Origin: an uncultured Roseobacteraceae bacterium
GTDB taxonomy: Bacteria; Bacteroidota; Bacteroidia; Cytophagales; Flammeovirgaceae
DNA length: 64,000 bases
Direction of reading: 5' to 3'
Assembly: GCA_964394585.1 (NCBI GenBank)
Contig: CAYMYI010000001.1
Location: 8,713 to 72,712, forward strand
Shown: one piece after another, positions 55,461-64,000 of the stretch
Layout of the letters: each line of letters starts with the position of its first letter
Position numbering within the stretch: position 1 is the stretch's first letter
Notes under the pieces: generated by a model
Told to the model about the DNA's origin: nothing
The model's database searches: none
The model's input: the letters and a program-made list of their open reading frames with translations, nothing else
Program-made: the position numbers and the translations under genes

Positions 55461-58400
55461 ATGCGCAAGGCTGTAAAATTTTTCGTCAAGTATGGCATCA
55501 TGCCCAACATCGTGATCGCCATGACTATCATCGTAGGCTTTTTTAGCCTATGGCAAACCAAGAAAACCTTCTTCCCGGAGCGGGAGTCGCGCTTTCTGAG
55601 CATCTCGGTGGCTTATTTGGGGGCATCGCCTGAAGAAATGGAAGAAGGAGTTACCCAACTCATCGAAGAAGCCATTCGCAACTTAGAAGGCGTTGAAGAA
55701 ATCAATTCCACCTCTTCGGAGAACCGCGCGAGTATCAGCGTAAAAGTGCTGGAAAACTACGACCGCGAAGAAGTTTACACCGAACTCAAAAATGCCATCG
55801 ACCAAATCAGTTCGTTTCCAGCCGGTGCTGAGCGCCCCGTAATATACAAGCAACGCAATACGCAAACGGTGATGTGGCTGGGGCTAGTTGGCGACGAAAA
55901 CACCAACCTCTACGATTTAAAGCGCTATGCGGAAGATATCGAAGACGAACTGCTTGCGAGTGGAGAAGTATCGCAAGTATCGGTGATGGGATTCCCCAAC
56001 TTGGAAATCTCGATTGAAGTATCCGAAGAAACGCTGAACAAATATGGCCTTACGTTCGACCAAGTTACCGCTGCCGTTCGTGGAAATAACCGCGATGTTT
56101 CCGGAGGTTCTATCAAAACATCATCGGAAGAGATTCTCATCCGTTCGCGTGGCAAAAAAACCGAAGCCGAAAAAATTGCCAACATCATCGTAAGAACCAA
56201 CGCCGATGGTAGCAAACTCTTATTGAAAGATGTTGCCACTGTAGAAGAAAAGTTTGCGGATGTTCCGAGCTATTCTACGCTCAACGGCCAAGAAGCCGTA
56301 TACATCCGCGTAGATAAACTCATTACCGAAGACTTAGAAGAAATCGCAGACTTTGGGAAAGAATACGTGAAGAAATTCAACGAAGAACACCCTCACCTTA
56401 CCCTCGAGGTAAACTTTAGCTTTATGGACATGCTACAACAACGCCTCGATATGCTCGTGAGTAACGGAATCATCGGGTTATTACTAGTGCTAGTGGTGTT
56501 GGGCTTGTTTCTAAGTTTGCGTTTATCGGCATGGGTTGCTTGGGGAATTCCCTCGTCGTTTTTAGGGCTGTTTATTTTGGGCATGTTTATCGGGTTTACC
56601 ATCAATATGATTTCCCTCTTCGGGATGATCCTCGTAGTAGGTATTTTGGTGGATGACGGTATCGTAATTGCCGAAAATATCTTCTCACACTTCGAAAAAG
56701 GCAAAAGCCCGATGGATGCTGCCATCGACGGTACGTTGGAAGTGTTGCCTGCCGTAACCACCTCGGTAACTACTACAATGGTTGCCTTTGCGCCTTTGCT
56801 CTACCTAGAAAGTTTCAGCTTCCTTCGCGATTTGGCAGTCGTAGTGATTTTCAGCTTAGGCTTCTCACTCATTGAAGCATTCTTTGTACTCCCTGCTCAC
56901 TTAGCAAGCGAACACGTACTCCGCGTGAAAAGTAAAAACTCAAAAATTCGTTCTGCCATCAATCGTTTTATCGATTTCATGCGGTACAAAATCTATGGAA
57001 ATATGCTCAAAGTAACGCTCCGCAATAAATACATTACCGCGGCAGTTGTATTGGCATTGTTCCCCCTCACGTTTGGGTTACTCGGCGGCGGATTTATCAA
57101 AGCCACGTTTTTCCCTCAAATCCCTTTCTTTTCGGTTAGCGTTGACATCGCCTTTAAGCCCGGCACACGCGAGCAAGTGGTAGAAGAATACGTAAAAAAG
57201 TTTGAAGATTATGTATGGGAGGTAAACGAAGAAATGAAAGCTGCCAGTGGCGATACGCTGAACCCCATCAAAACCTCGTTTGCCGGTATTGGCTACTCGC
57301 GCCTAGGCAACGGAAGCCATGTAGGGCAGGTGCAGCTATTCTACCGAGAAGATGGCAACGTGAGCGATGTGGAAATCATCAAGCGATTACGCGAAAAAAT
57401 TGGGGAAATCCCTGAAGCTGAAAAACTTTCTATTGGCAACTCGAACCAATTTGGGAAGCCGGTGTCGGTAAAAATTATGAGTAAAGACCCTGAAGCGTTA
57501 GAAGGTGCCACGGCGTTCCTTAAAAACGAGTTGCAGCAGATGGAAGAACTCAAAGAAGTGAATGACGACAATAACATTGGAAACCGAGAGCTCCAAATGG
57601 AACTAACTCCACAAGCGTATTTTGTAGGGTTTTCTCAAGGAGAGATTGCCAAACAGATTCGCCAAGGATTCTTTGGCGAGGAAGTACAACGCTTCCAAAA
57701 AGGGAAAGACGAAATTCGCGTTTGGGTGCGTTACCCAAAATCGGATCGCATATCGCTAGGGCAACTCGAAAATATAAAACTCAAGCAAGGTGAAAGTGAA
57801 TATTACTTCAAAGATTTGGTGGACTACTCCATTGAGCGTGGAATTGCCGATATCCAACACTACCAAACCAACCGAACCGTAACGGTAGATGCCGAACTCA
57901 CCGATCCGTATGCTGAACTTCCTCCTATTTTGGCTCGAATCAACAACGACATTGTCCCCCGTATGTTGGAGCAATTCCCTACGGTAAAAACCGAGAGCGG
58001 TGGGCAAGCAAAAGAAAGTAATAAGGCAATGGTGGAGCTAGTTACGTTCTTTGGTGGAGCCTTCCTGATCATCATCATCTTGATTATGATTACCTTCCGC
58101 TCATTTTACCAAGCCATGCTGGTAATTACGATGATTCCCATCGGCTGGATAGGTTCAGCGTGGGGGCATGGGATTGAGTCGTTTAGAGCTTTGTTGTTCA
58201 ATGCAGAACACCCCGGTTTCCCCATCTCGTTGCTCAGTGCTTGGGGGATGATTGCCCTTTCGGGGGTTATCATCAACGATGCTGTGGTTTTTCTCGATAA
58301 ATACAACCGAAATTTGAAAGAAGGCATGAACGTAAACGAAGCAGCCTACGATGCTGGTGTATCTCGTTTCCGTCCGATTATTCTCACCTCGCTTACTACT

Positions 58401-58703
58401 GTGTTGGGACTATATCCACTCATCTTAGAGAAAAGCTTTCAAGCACAGTTCCTAATCCCGATGGCAATTTCCGTAGCATATGGTGTGCTGATTGGTACAT
58501 TTATCATTTTATTGTTCTTCCCCGTGCTCATTGTGATTTACAACGATATCCGCGTATGGGCTAAATGGCTATGGACTGGCAAAAAACCTACGCGCGAAGA
58601 GGTAGAACGGGTAATTATTGATATGAAAAAGAACCATCCGGAAAGAGCCGCTGCGCTACAGAAGGGTCAAGCAAAACTTCCAGAACCAGAATTAGTTCAC
58701 TAA
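55461..58703 (+). CDS. RND efflux transporter permease (AcrB/CzcA superfamily)
   Basis: 1080 aa with 12 TM helices and two large periplasmic loops. VVGILVDDGIVIAENI and SGVIINDAVVFLD motifs. Confidence 0.9.
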   Translation: MRKAVKFFVKYGIMPNIVIAMTIIVGFFSLWQTKKTFFPERESRFLSISVAYLGASPEEMEEGVTQLIEEAIRNLEGVEEINSTSSENRASISVKVLENYDREEVYTELKNAIDQISSFPAGAERPVIYKQRNTQTVMWLGLVGDENTNLYDLKRYAEDIEDELLASGEVSQVSVMGFPNLEISIEVSEETLNKYGLTFDQVTAAVRGNNRDVSGGSIKTSSEEILIRSRGKKTEAEKIANIIVRTNADGSKLLLKDVATVEEKFADVPSYSTLNGQEAVYIRVDKLITEDLEEIADFGKEYVKKFNEEHPHLTLEVNFSFMDMLQQRLDMLVSNGIIGLLLVLVVLGLFLSLRLSAWVAWGIPSSFLGLFILGMFIGFTINMISLFGMILVVGILVDDGIVIAENIFSHFEKGKSPMDAAIDGTLEVLPAVTTSVTTTMVAFAPLLYLESFSFLRDLAVVVIFSLGFSLIEAFFVLPAHLASEHVLRVKSKNSKIRSAINRFIDFMRYKIYGNMLKVTLRNKYITAAVVLALFPLTFGLLGGGFIKATFFPQIPFFSVSVDIAFKPGTREQVVEEYVKKFEDYVWEVNEEMKAASGDTLNPIKTSFAGIGYSRLGNGSHVGQVQLFYREDGNVSDVEIIKRLREKIGEIPEAEKLSIGNSNQFGKPVSVKIMSKDPEALEGATAFLKNELQQMEELKEVNDDNNIGNRELQMELTPQAYFVGFSQGEIAKQIRQGFFGEEVQRFQKGKDEIRVWVRYPKSDRISLGQLENIKLKQGESEYYFKDLVDYSIERGIADIQHYQTNRTVTVDAELTDPYAELPPILARINNDIVPRMLEQFPTVKTESGGQAKESNKAMVELVTFFGGAFLIIIILIMITFRSFYQAMLVITMIPIGWIGSAWGHGIESFRALLFNAEHPGFPISLLSAWGMIALSGVIINDAVVFLDKYNRNLKEGMNVNEAAYDAGVSRFRPIILTSLTTVLGLYPLILEKSFQAQFLIPMAISVAYGVLIGTFIILLFFPVLIVIYNDIRVWAKWLWTGKKPTREEVERVIIDMKKNHPERAAALQKGQAKLPEPELVH

Positions 58704-58771
58704 TCATCCCAACAGTCAGTTTCTTTCCAAACTGACTGTTACTTTTGGTAATACTCTTAAAGAATTTGTTC

Positions 58772-59521
58772 ATGAAAATTAGACACACAATTGGCTTGTG
58801 CATAGCACTTTGTTGGACTGCTATGGGCAACGCCCAAGATTTTGACGCTACCCTTCGCAACGTACCGATGGAGCAACGAAAATCCACTCAATTTAAACTC
58901 TTTCAGCCTAGCGATTTGGCAGACTCTACCTTGCGCAAAAACTATGTGGGCATACGCGTAGGTGCCAATGTCAGCAACTTTGTGGGCGATGCTGCAGGCA
59001 CTAGTGGTTTGGTGGGCTTCCGCGTAGGTATCCTCTATGGCAGGCGGTTTAACCGAAGAGCTTCGGCGCAAATTGAGCTTGCTTACTCGAAGCAAGGAGC
59101 ACAGCAAGATGAATCGACTTTACAAACGGGCATATTGCTAGACTCCGGCCTTACCATTGCCTCCAAATACAACTATGTTGCCCTGCCTATCTCTTTTAAA
59201 TACTATCCTTCGGATAACCTCGGCTTATTTTTGGAAGCTGGTGCAAGAGCTGCATTGCTTCTAAATGCAGAGTTGCAAGGCACAGGCGGAGCCTACGCTT
59301 CTACCGAAGATGACCGCATCGATATTGCCGAACGCTTAAATGCTACCGATATAGGGGCATTTTTGGGTGTGGGGTTTTCGTTTCATCAAAATGTGGACTT
59401 TGCCCTGAGGTATCATTACCATTTCACCAATTACATCGACAATGCCCACAGCTTAACCGAAAGCTCGGGAACATTTCGTAATGCACTGATTCAAGCTACG
59501 TTAGGATTCTATCTATTCTAA
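58772..59521 (+). CDS. Small outer-membrane beta-barrel (porin-family) protein
   Basis: Signal peptide ending NAQ, alternating beta-strand pattern, C-terminal aromatic residue (FYLF). Trimmed to ATG 58772. Confidence 0.65.
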   Translation: MKIRHTIGLCIALCWTAMGNAQDFDATLRNVPMEQRKSTQFKLFQPSDLADSTLRKNYVGIRVGANVSNFVGDAAGTSGLVGFRVGILYGRRFNRRASAQIELAYSKQGAQQDESTLQTGILLDSGLTIASKYNYVALPISFKYYPSDNLGLFLEAGARAALLLNAELQGTGGAYASTEDDRIDIAERLNATDIGAFLGVGFSFHQNVDFALRYHYHFTNYIDNAHSLTESSGTFRNALIQATLGFYLF

Positions 59522-59563
59522 CATCATCCTTTCAAAATTTTCCATTCAAACGCAGAGATTCTC

Positions 59564-60895
59564 ATGAAACTACGCATACTTACGCTTGCCTTTTGTGTGC
59601 TGAGCTTATCGGCAACTGCACAAAAAAAATTATCGCTCGCCGAGGCAATCCAAATTGGCCTTGAAAACAACTACGATATCCGCATCGAAACTCGCAATAT
59701 TGAAGTTGCCCGCAATAATAATGCACTCGGAGAAGCTGGTTTTCTCCCCGATTTAACGCTTTCGCTCACGCAATCGAACCGAGTAACCAACATCGATAAC
59801 CCTACAGCATTCGTGGGAGGCGATATTGTGAATGTGGGGATTAACCCGGTAGTGAACCTCAACTGGACATTGTTCGATGGGTTTCGTGCACAAATCACTA
59901 AAAGTCGGTTGGAAAACTTACAAAAAGATACAGAAGGTAACGCCGCCATTGTGGTACAGAACACCATTCAGGCGATTATTCAAGGATATTATACCGCTGT
60001 ACTCGAAAAAGAACGTTTGAAGGTTTTTCAGCGCTCGCTCGATCTCTCACGCGAAAAGTACGATTACGTGAAACTTAAGAAAGATTTAGGCAGTGCCGTT
60101 ACCACCGATTTATTACTCGAAGAAAGTAACTATTTGAACGATTCTACAGCATACATCAATCAAATTCTTACTTACCGGCAAGCACTGCGCACGCTCAACA
60201 TTTTATTGGCTGAAGAAAATATCAACACCGATTATCAGTTTACTAATTCGCTCACTTTTGAAGAAATTGAATACCAACTGACTCTGCTATACGATAAAAT
60301 GACCGCCAACAATGTGAACCTAAAACGGCAGTATGTATCGCAGGCTATCTTGCGCGATGCTGTGGGCATTGCCCGTGCGGGGATGTACCCTCGAGTTGAT
60401 CTCAATTTGAATTTTTCGGATAACATTAGTTCGCAAGATGTGAGCGGCTCTACCCTAAGCGATGCCCCTCAGGTTCCGGTAACGGGTACTACCATCAACT
60501 ATGGGGCAACTTTTACCATTACTTTTAATTTATTCAACGGTGGTCGCATTAAACGAGCGATTCAAAATGCGATTATTCAAGAAGAAATTGGCAACTTACG
60601 CATCGAAAACTTAGAGCTTTCTTTAAAGCGCGATATGGAGGCTGCCCTCGATTTGTACAACACCCGTAGGCAACTGAAGGGCATTGCTACCAGAACCAAA
60701 GAACAGGCAGAACTCAACCTAAGCATTAGCGAAGAACGCTACCGCAGCGGTACGATTAACTCGTTTGATTACCGCACGGTACAAAACACCTACATCAACG
60801 CTGCCCTGAGCGAGTTACAGGCAATTTATAACTTGATTGATGCCAATACCCAAATTTTGCGATTATCAGGCGGGTTGGTAGAAGAAGACGAATAA
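59564..60895 (+). CDS. TolC-family outer membrane efflux protein
   Basis: Signal peptide, LSLAEAIQIGLENNYDI start, and two repeated coiled-coil/beta halves. Confidence 0.85.
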   Translation: MKLRILTLAFCVLSLSATAQKKLSLAEAIQIGLENNYDIRIETRNIEVARNNNALGEAGFLPDLTLSLTQSNRVTNIDNPTAFVGGDIVNVGINPVVNLNWTLFDGFRAQITKSRLENLQKDTEGNAAIVVQNTIQAIIQGYYTAVLEKERLKVFQRSLDLSREKYDYVKLKKDLGSAVTTDLLLEESNYLNDSTAYINQILTYRQALRTLNILLAEENINTDYQFTNSLTFEEIEYQLTLLYDKMTANNVNLKRQYVSQAILRDAVGIARAGMYPRVDLNLNFSDNISSQDVSGSTLSDAPQVPVTGTTINYGATFTITFNLFNGGRIKRAIQNAIIQEEIGNLRIENLELSLKRDMEAALDLYNTRRQLKGIATRTKEQAELNLSISEERYRSGTINSFDYRTVQNTYINAALSELQAIYNLIDANTQILRLSGGLVEEDE

Positions 60896-60906
60896 ACAAG
60901 CGACCC

Positions 60907-63165
60907 TTATAAATTGAGCCAATAGGTGAGTTTTGCTACAATAGCACGGTTTTTCACCTTAAAAGTATCGGGAAAATAATTATCGGTATACACTAAGAAG
61001 AAGTCAGAAACTGGCTTGAATCGGTATTGCAATCGGGCATTGATATTCACATTATCGAGCTGGTTATTGTACTGAAAAAAGGTAGTTAGAAACACTTTGC
61101 GCGAAAAGGTTATATCGAAGCGAGGCCCTAATAACCAGATAACGCCATCGGTGTATTCGTCTGGTAACTGAATGTTGTTGTAGGTGAAATTTAAGCTAGC
61201 AATGCCAAAGGGTTGAAAACGATAGTTAAATACTCCTGAAAAACGCGTGAGACTGCCATTAAAAAACTCACCAAGGCGAGCATTGAAATCAAAAAATATT
61301 GCTGGGCGCCGATCTGACTGAAAATTGAAGTTGACGCTATTGTAGCTGTAATCCGTTCCTTCAGGTAAGGGAATCCCCTCTTCCGAGCGCGTAGGGTCGA
61401 AATCGTCAAACAAATAGACATAATCGTTCTGCACACTTACCTGCATTTCGGCGGTATTATTGAAGCTAAAACTGTATGATAACGTGTAGTTATGATCGGT
61501 ACGCCCTAACTCTGGGGTACGAATGTACCCATATGAAAACCCGGGTCCATGGTTGGCTATTTTTTTATTCGGATACCAAGTGTATTGAACCGAAGGGTTG
61601 ATCCGCGTATAGCCCGCTCGTGGTAAAAACCCTGTTTCGGGGTTGTAGTTTTCGCCTACAATCTGGTGCGACCACGTAACGTTCAAAGCAGGTTTATTGT
61701 ACGAAAGCGTAGCGCCGTGCGAAAAGGCATCGGTATTTAAATCGCTATCTGCCGAAAACGACCGGTGGTAAAACAGCTTTCCATTCCATACATTATCGGC
61801 GGATGCTAAGTTGTAATCAACTCCCAAAATTCGGTTAAAGTTTTCCGAGTCGATGCCTGCATTCAAAGTAGAATCGGAATTTAGCGTATGCGTTGCCTGC
61901 CGATTGATAGCAATCACCGAAAGGTTAGAACGGGTAAATAGCTGCCGCTGCAGAGCAAATACCGAATAGTTAAACCCTGGCTGTGCAATGTCTTCATCTT
62001 TAGCCGTTTGCATATTCATTACGCCAATGCGCCAATTTTTATCAATCCGTCCGCTGAGCCTTGCCCCGTAACTTATGGCATTTGGCACACTTAAACCGGT
62101 AGAAGGATCTTCAGCAATGCCGATTCGCCGCGAGAAGAACGGGCGCATATCGGGCGTACCGAAGGAAGCGAATAAATCGGCGTTTTCTAAAAAAAATTGG
62201 CGTCGCTCTGGGAAAAACAGCTCAAACCTTGTGAGATTGGTTTGCTGCACATCTACTTCTACTTGCGAAAAATCAGGGTTAAAGGTAAGGTCTAGGTTTA
62301 AAGAAGGCGTTACGGCAATTTTTGCATCTCCACCAATATCGAAATTACTATTCCCGTCTTCTCCAGCCTCGTAGTCGCGGTTGAACCCTCCGGCTACGTA
62401 TGGAATAAGCGAAATATTAGCACCGGGCTTGGGCAATGGCTTTTCAAACTTGAGTTTTCCCCCGTATGCCAGCGAAATGATACTCATATTTCGAGGCGTA
62501 TGCCCCCATGTAGAACGTTCGGGAAGTTGGCTTTCAATCCTGTAGAAATTGGTTCGCCACTCTTGCGAGCCCTCTTTATAGCGCAAAGTTTTGAATGGAA
62601 TCTTCATTTCAGCCGTCCAATAACCCTCGTAGGTTTGTGCCTCGGCAAACCATTTATTATCCCACGAAAGGTCGAAGTCTTGCCCACCTCCACCGCCGGC
62701 ATTCCCCGAAATCAAGCCTTCGCGTTGTACCCCAAACGGTGTAATCCCAAATAGCAACCCGTTGGTTTGATCTTGAAACGGATCAAGAATGATGGTAATC
62801 CCATCGTTTTGCACTCCTCGGTAATCGCGCCGAAGCGAAGTAATTACATGTTTATCCCCCTCTACAGGGTTTTTACACACAAAGCCTACGTAAAGGTAGT
62901 TATCGTCGTAGGCAATTTGCGCCTGAGAAAATGATACAGAAAATGCTGTATCGAAAGGGAAATATTGCCAGAACGTATCCACTTTTTGCGTGAGTTGCCA
63001 TATTTCTTCATCGAGTTTACCATCAATCTCAATGGGTTGTTCTGTATATTTTGCATGGATTTCCGGAAGGATTCGTTCAGTTTGCGCATTCACAGAAGAG
63101 GCTAAACATAAAAACAGTCCGCATAGAACTGTTTTGTAAAGCATTGAAGAGGAGTGTAGTCGCAT
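60907..63165 (-). CDS. DUF5916 / CBM9-like domain outer-membrane-type protein
   Basis: Signal peptide, a CBM9-like N-domain (IDGKLDEEIW...) and a long beta-rich C-terminal region ending in an aromatic-rich strand. The call is by resemblance only. Confidence 0.6.
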   Translation of the reverse strand: MRLHSSSMLYKTVLCGLFLCLASSVNAQTERILPEIHAKYTEQPIEIDGKLDEEIWQLTQKVDTFWQYFPFDTAFSVSFSQAQIAYDDNYLYVGFVCKNPVEGDKHVITSLRRDYRGVQNDGITIILDPFQDQTNGLLFGITPFGVQREGLISGNAGGGGGQDFDLSWDNKWFAEAQTYEGYWTAEMKIPFKTLRYKEGSQEWRTNFYRIESQLPERSTWGHTPRNMSIISLAYGGKLKFEKPLPKPGANISLIPYVAGGFNRDYEAGEDGNSNFDIGGDAKIAVTPSLNLDLTFNPDFSQVEVDVQQTNLTRFELFFPERRQFFLENADLFASFGTPDMRPFFSRRIGIAEDPSTGLSVPNAISYGARLSGRIDKNWRIGVMNMQTAKDEDIAQPGFNYSVFALQRQLFTRSNLSVIAINRQATHTLNSDSTLNAGIDSENFNRILGVDYNLASADNVWNGKLFYHRSFSADSDLNTDAFSHGATLSYNKPALNVTWSHQIVGENYNPETGFLPRAGYTRINPSVQYTWYPNKKIANHGPGFSYGYIRTPELGRTDHNYTLSYSFSFNNTAEMQVSVQNDYVYLFDDFDPTRSEEGIPLPEGTDYSYNSVNFNFQSDRRPAIFFDFNARLGEFFNGSLTRFSGVFNYRFQPFGIASLNFTYNNIQLPDEYTDGVIWLLGPRFDITFSRKVFLTTFFQYNNQLDNVNINARLQYRFKPVSDFFLVYTDNYFPDTFKVKNRAIVAKLTYWLNL

Positions 63166-63272
63166 TTGCAGTAGGGTTGTTGAGTAGTATTCAATTCTGT
63201 ATACACAGATTTTTTCATAAAAAAACGCATGAATATAAAGAACTTACCCTAAATAATAGAAGCCTGTTTTTT

Positions 63273-63437
63273 TTAAATACACATCTTATCGATGGCAACG
63301 CTAGTGCGCTCAGGAGTGGCGAGTTCGTCGAGTTCGCCCGCTTCCTTTAAGTAGGCAAACGTTTTTTGGGCTTCCTCTTCGTCGACAATGCTGATGGCTA
63401 CGCCTACATGCACAAGTACATAGTCGCTGGTTTGGGC
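63273..63437 (-). pseudogene. hypC: hypC (hydrogenase maturation chaperone) C-terminal relic
   Basis: The minus-strand translation is SDYVLVHVGVAISIVDEEEAQKTFAYLKEAGELDEL..., the conserved HypC C-terminal half. The N-terminal half, including the essential Cys2, is missing, and an in-frame stop lies immediately upstream. Confidence 0.7.
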
Positions 63438-63450
63438 TTATGGTACCATT

Positions 63451-63718
63451 TCAAGGCTTGCCTCTTTTACGATGCCCCCAAATATTGCCGTTAGAACCAT
63501 ATCCTGCACCATCCCATGTAATTCCTAAAATCCGTTCAGGACTTTGTAACAGATGATGTTCACCTAAAATCGCCGCGAAGTGCGCTTCGTGATGCTGTAC
63601 CTGTTTCCACTCTACTTCTTTGGTTTACTGCATCAACTCACCAAGCTTCGAAGTAAAATAGGTAGGATGGGCATCGGTCAGGATTAACTGAGGCGAGTGC
63701 CCAATCATTTCTAAAAGG
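63451..63718 (-). pseudogene. hypF: hypF (carbamoyltransferase) internal fragment with a nonsense codon
   Basis: The minus-strand translation is [44 protein letters not shown]...[19 protein letters not shown]. This matches the HypF Kae1-like domain motifs HHxAH and DGxGYGxDGxIWGG. There is an internal TAA at 63625-63627, the frame breaks after IWG, and about 650 aa of a full HypF are absent. Confidence 0.7.
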
Positions 63719-63855
63719 TTATTTTATTATGCTTTCATCTTCCAAAATTGTTAATAAATTTATCTTTAAAAAGATTTAATATTAAACATTATCTACTTTT
63801 TTATACATTGCGACAGTAAATCGTTTTCCTAAATCATGTTTAATTTTAACCCATT

Positions 63856-64000
63856 ATGCCCATGTCTACTTCAGAAATTGCCCAGCGCCTTGTAACCTTG
63901 TGTCGGCAAGGTCAGTTTACCCAAGCGGTCGAAGAATTATTCGCCGATGATGCCGTTAGTATGGAACCTGAAGCCGCGAACGTTCCCAAATTAGAGGGAA
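63856..64000 (+). CDS. SnoaL-like / NTF2-family protein (5' partial, runs off the window)
   Basis: MPMSTSEIAQRLVTLCRQGQFTQAVEELFADDAVSMEPEA... resembles the N-terminus of small NTF2-fold proteins. There is no stop before the window end. Confidence 0.45.
   Translation, partial: MPMSTSEIAQRLVTLCRQGQFTQAVEELFADDAVSMEPEAANVPKLEG

Noticed and set aside
63051-63350. 99-aa + strand ORF spanning the DUF5916 promoter region and the hypC relic.
   Set aside because: It overlaps the 5' end of the DUF5916 gene and is antisense to the clearly HypC-like frame. It shows no protein-like features.
1-64000. Search for CRISPR arrays, tRNA/rRNA genes, transposases, integrases, IS inverted repeats and prophage genes.
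   Set aside because: I recognised none by eye in any intergenic region or ORF translation. The window appears to be core or accessory chromosome with no evident mobile element. tRNAscan, Rfam and ISfinder searches would be needed to confirm this.

Overview
This is a dense 64-kb chromosomal segment that looks like Bacteroidota. The supporting markers are a T9SS type-B (CHU_C) C-terminal sorting domain, SprB-type repeats, exosortase XrtF with its partner protein, and AmpG/MurQ. I can support about 50 protein-coding genes on both strands. I found no rRNA, tRNA, CRISPR array, transposase, integrase or phage genes. Recognisable modules, in order: a PfkB kinase with a Na+/solute symporter; AmpG and TatD; an ECF sigma/anti-sigma pair; FtsX; a fused AdoMet decarboxylase-spermidine synthase; an output-less Cache-like/HAMP/GAF sensor next to an HD + PycTM-like membrane protein; a T9SS-sorted surface protein; a GH13 amylase; a long pyruvate-kinase paralogue; a 5-FCL/Crp/DinB group; an aminotransferase; an XrtF exosortase cluster; a BtaA-like (DUF3419) gene divergent from a FemAB-like GNAT + LysE pair; USP and a thioredoxin-domain protein; a six-hairpin glycosidase; a 7TMR-DISM/PP2C sensor; rhomboid and hemolysin III; pstSCAB; a MarR-controlled beta-oxidation operon; ispD-murQ-gluQ; and an RND efflux operon. 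The most interesting observations are these. (1) A 60-aa mini-protein with a PEP-CTERM-like tail lies directly upstream of xrtF and is separated from it by a perfect 12-bp hairpin, so it is a candidate cognate substrate for an exosortase family I recall as having no assigned sorting signal. (2) The sensor and HD-PycTM genes appear to form a pair. (3) An 873-bp ORF-free region contains several hairpins and an orphan intrinsic terminator, which suggests an unannotated ncRNA. (4) Decayed hypF/hypC relics mark the loss of a hydrogenase-maturation locus. All family assignments come from motif recognition by eye. No database search was run.
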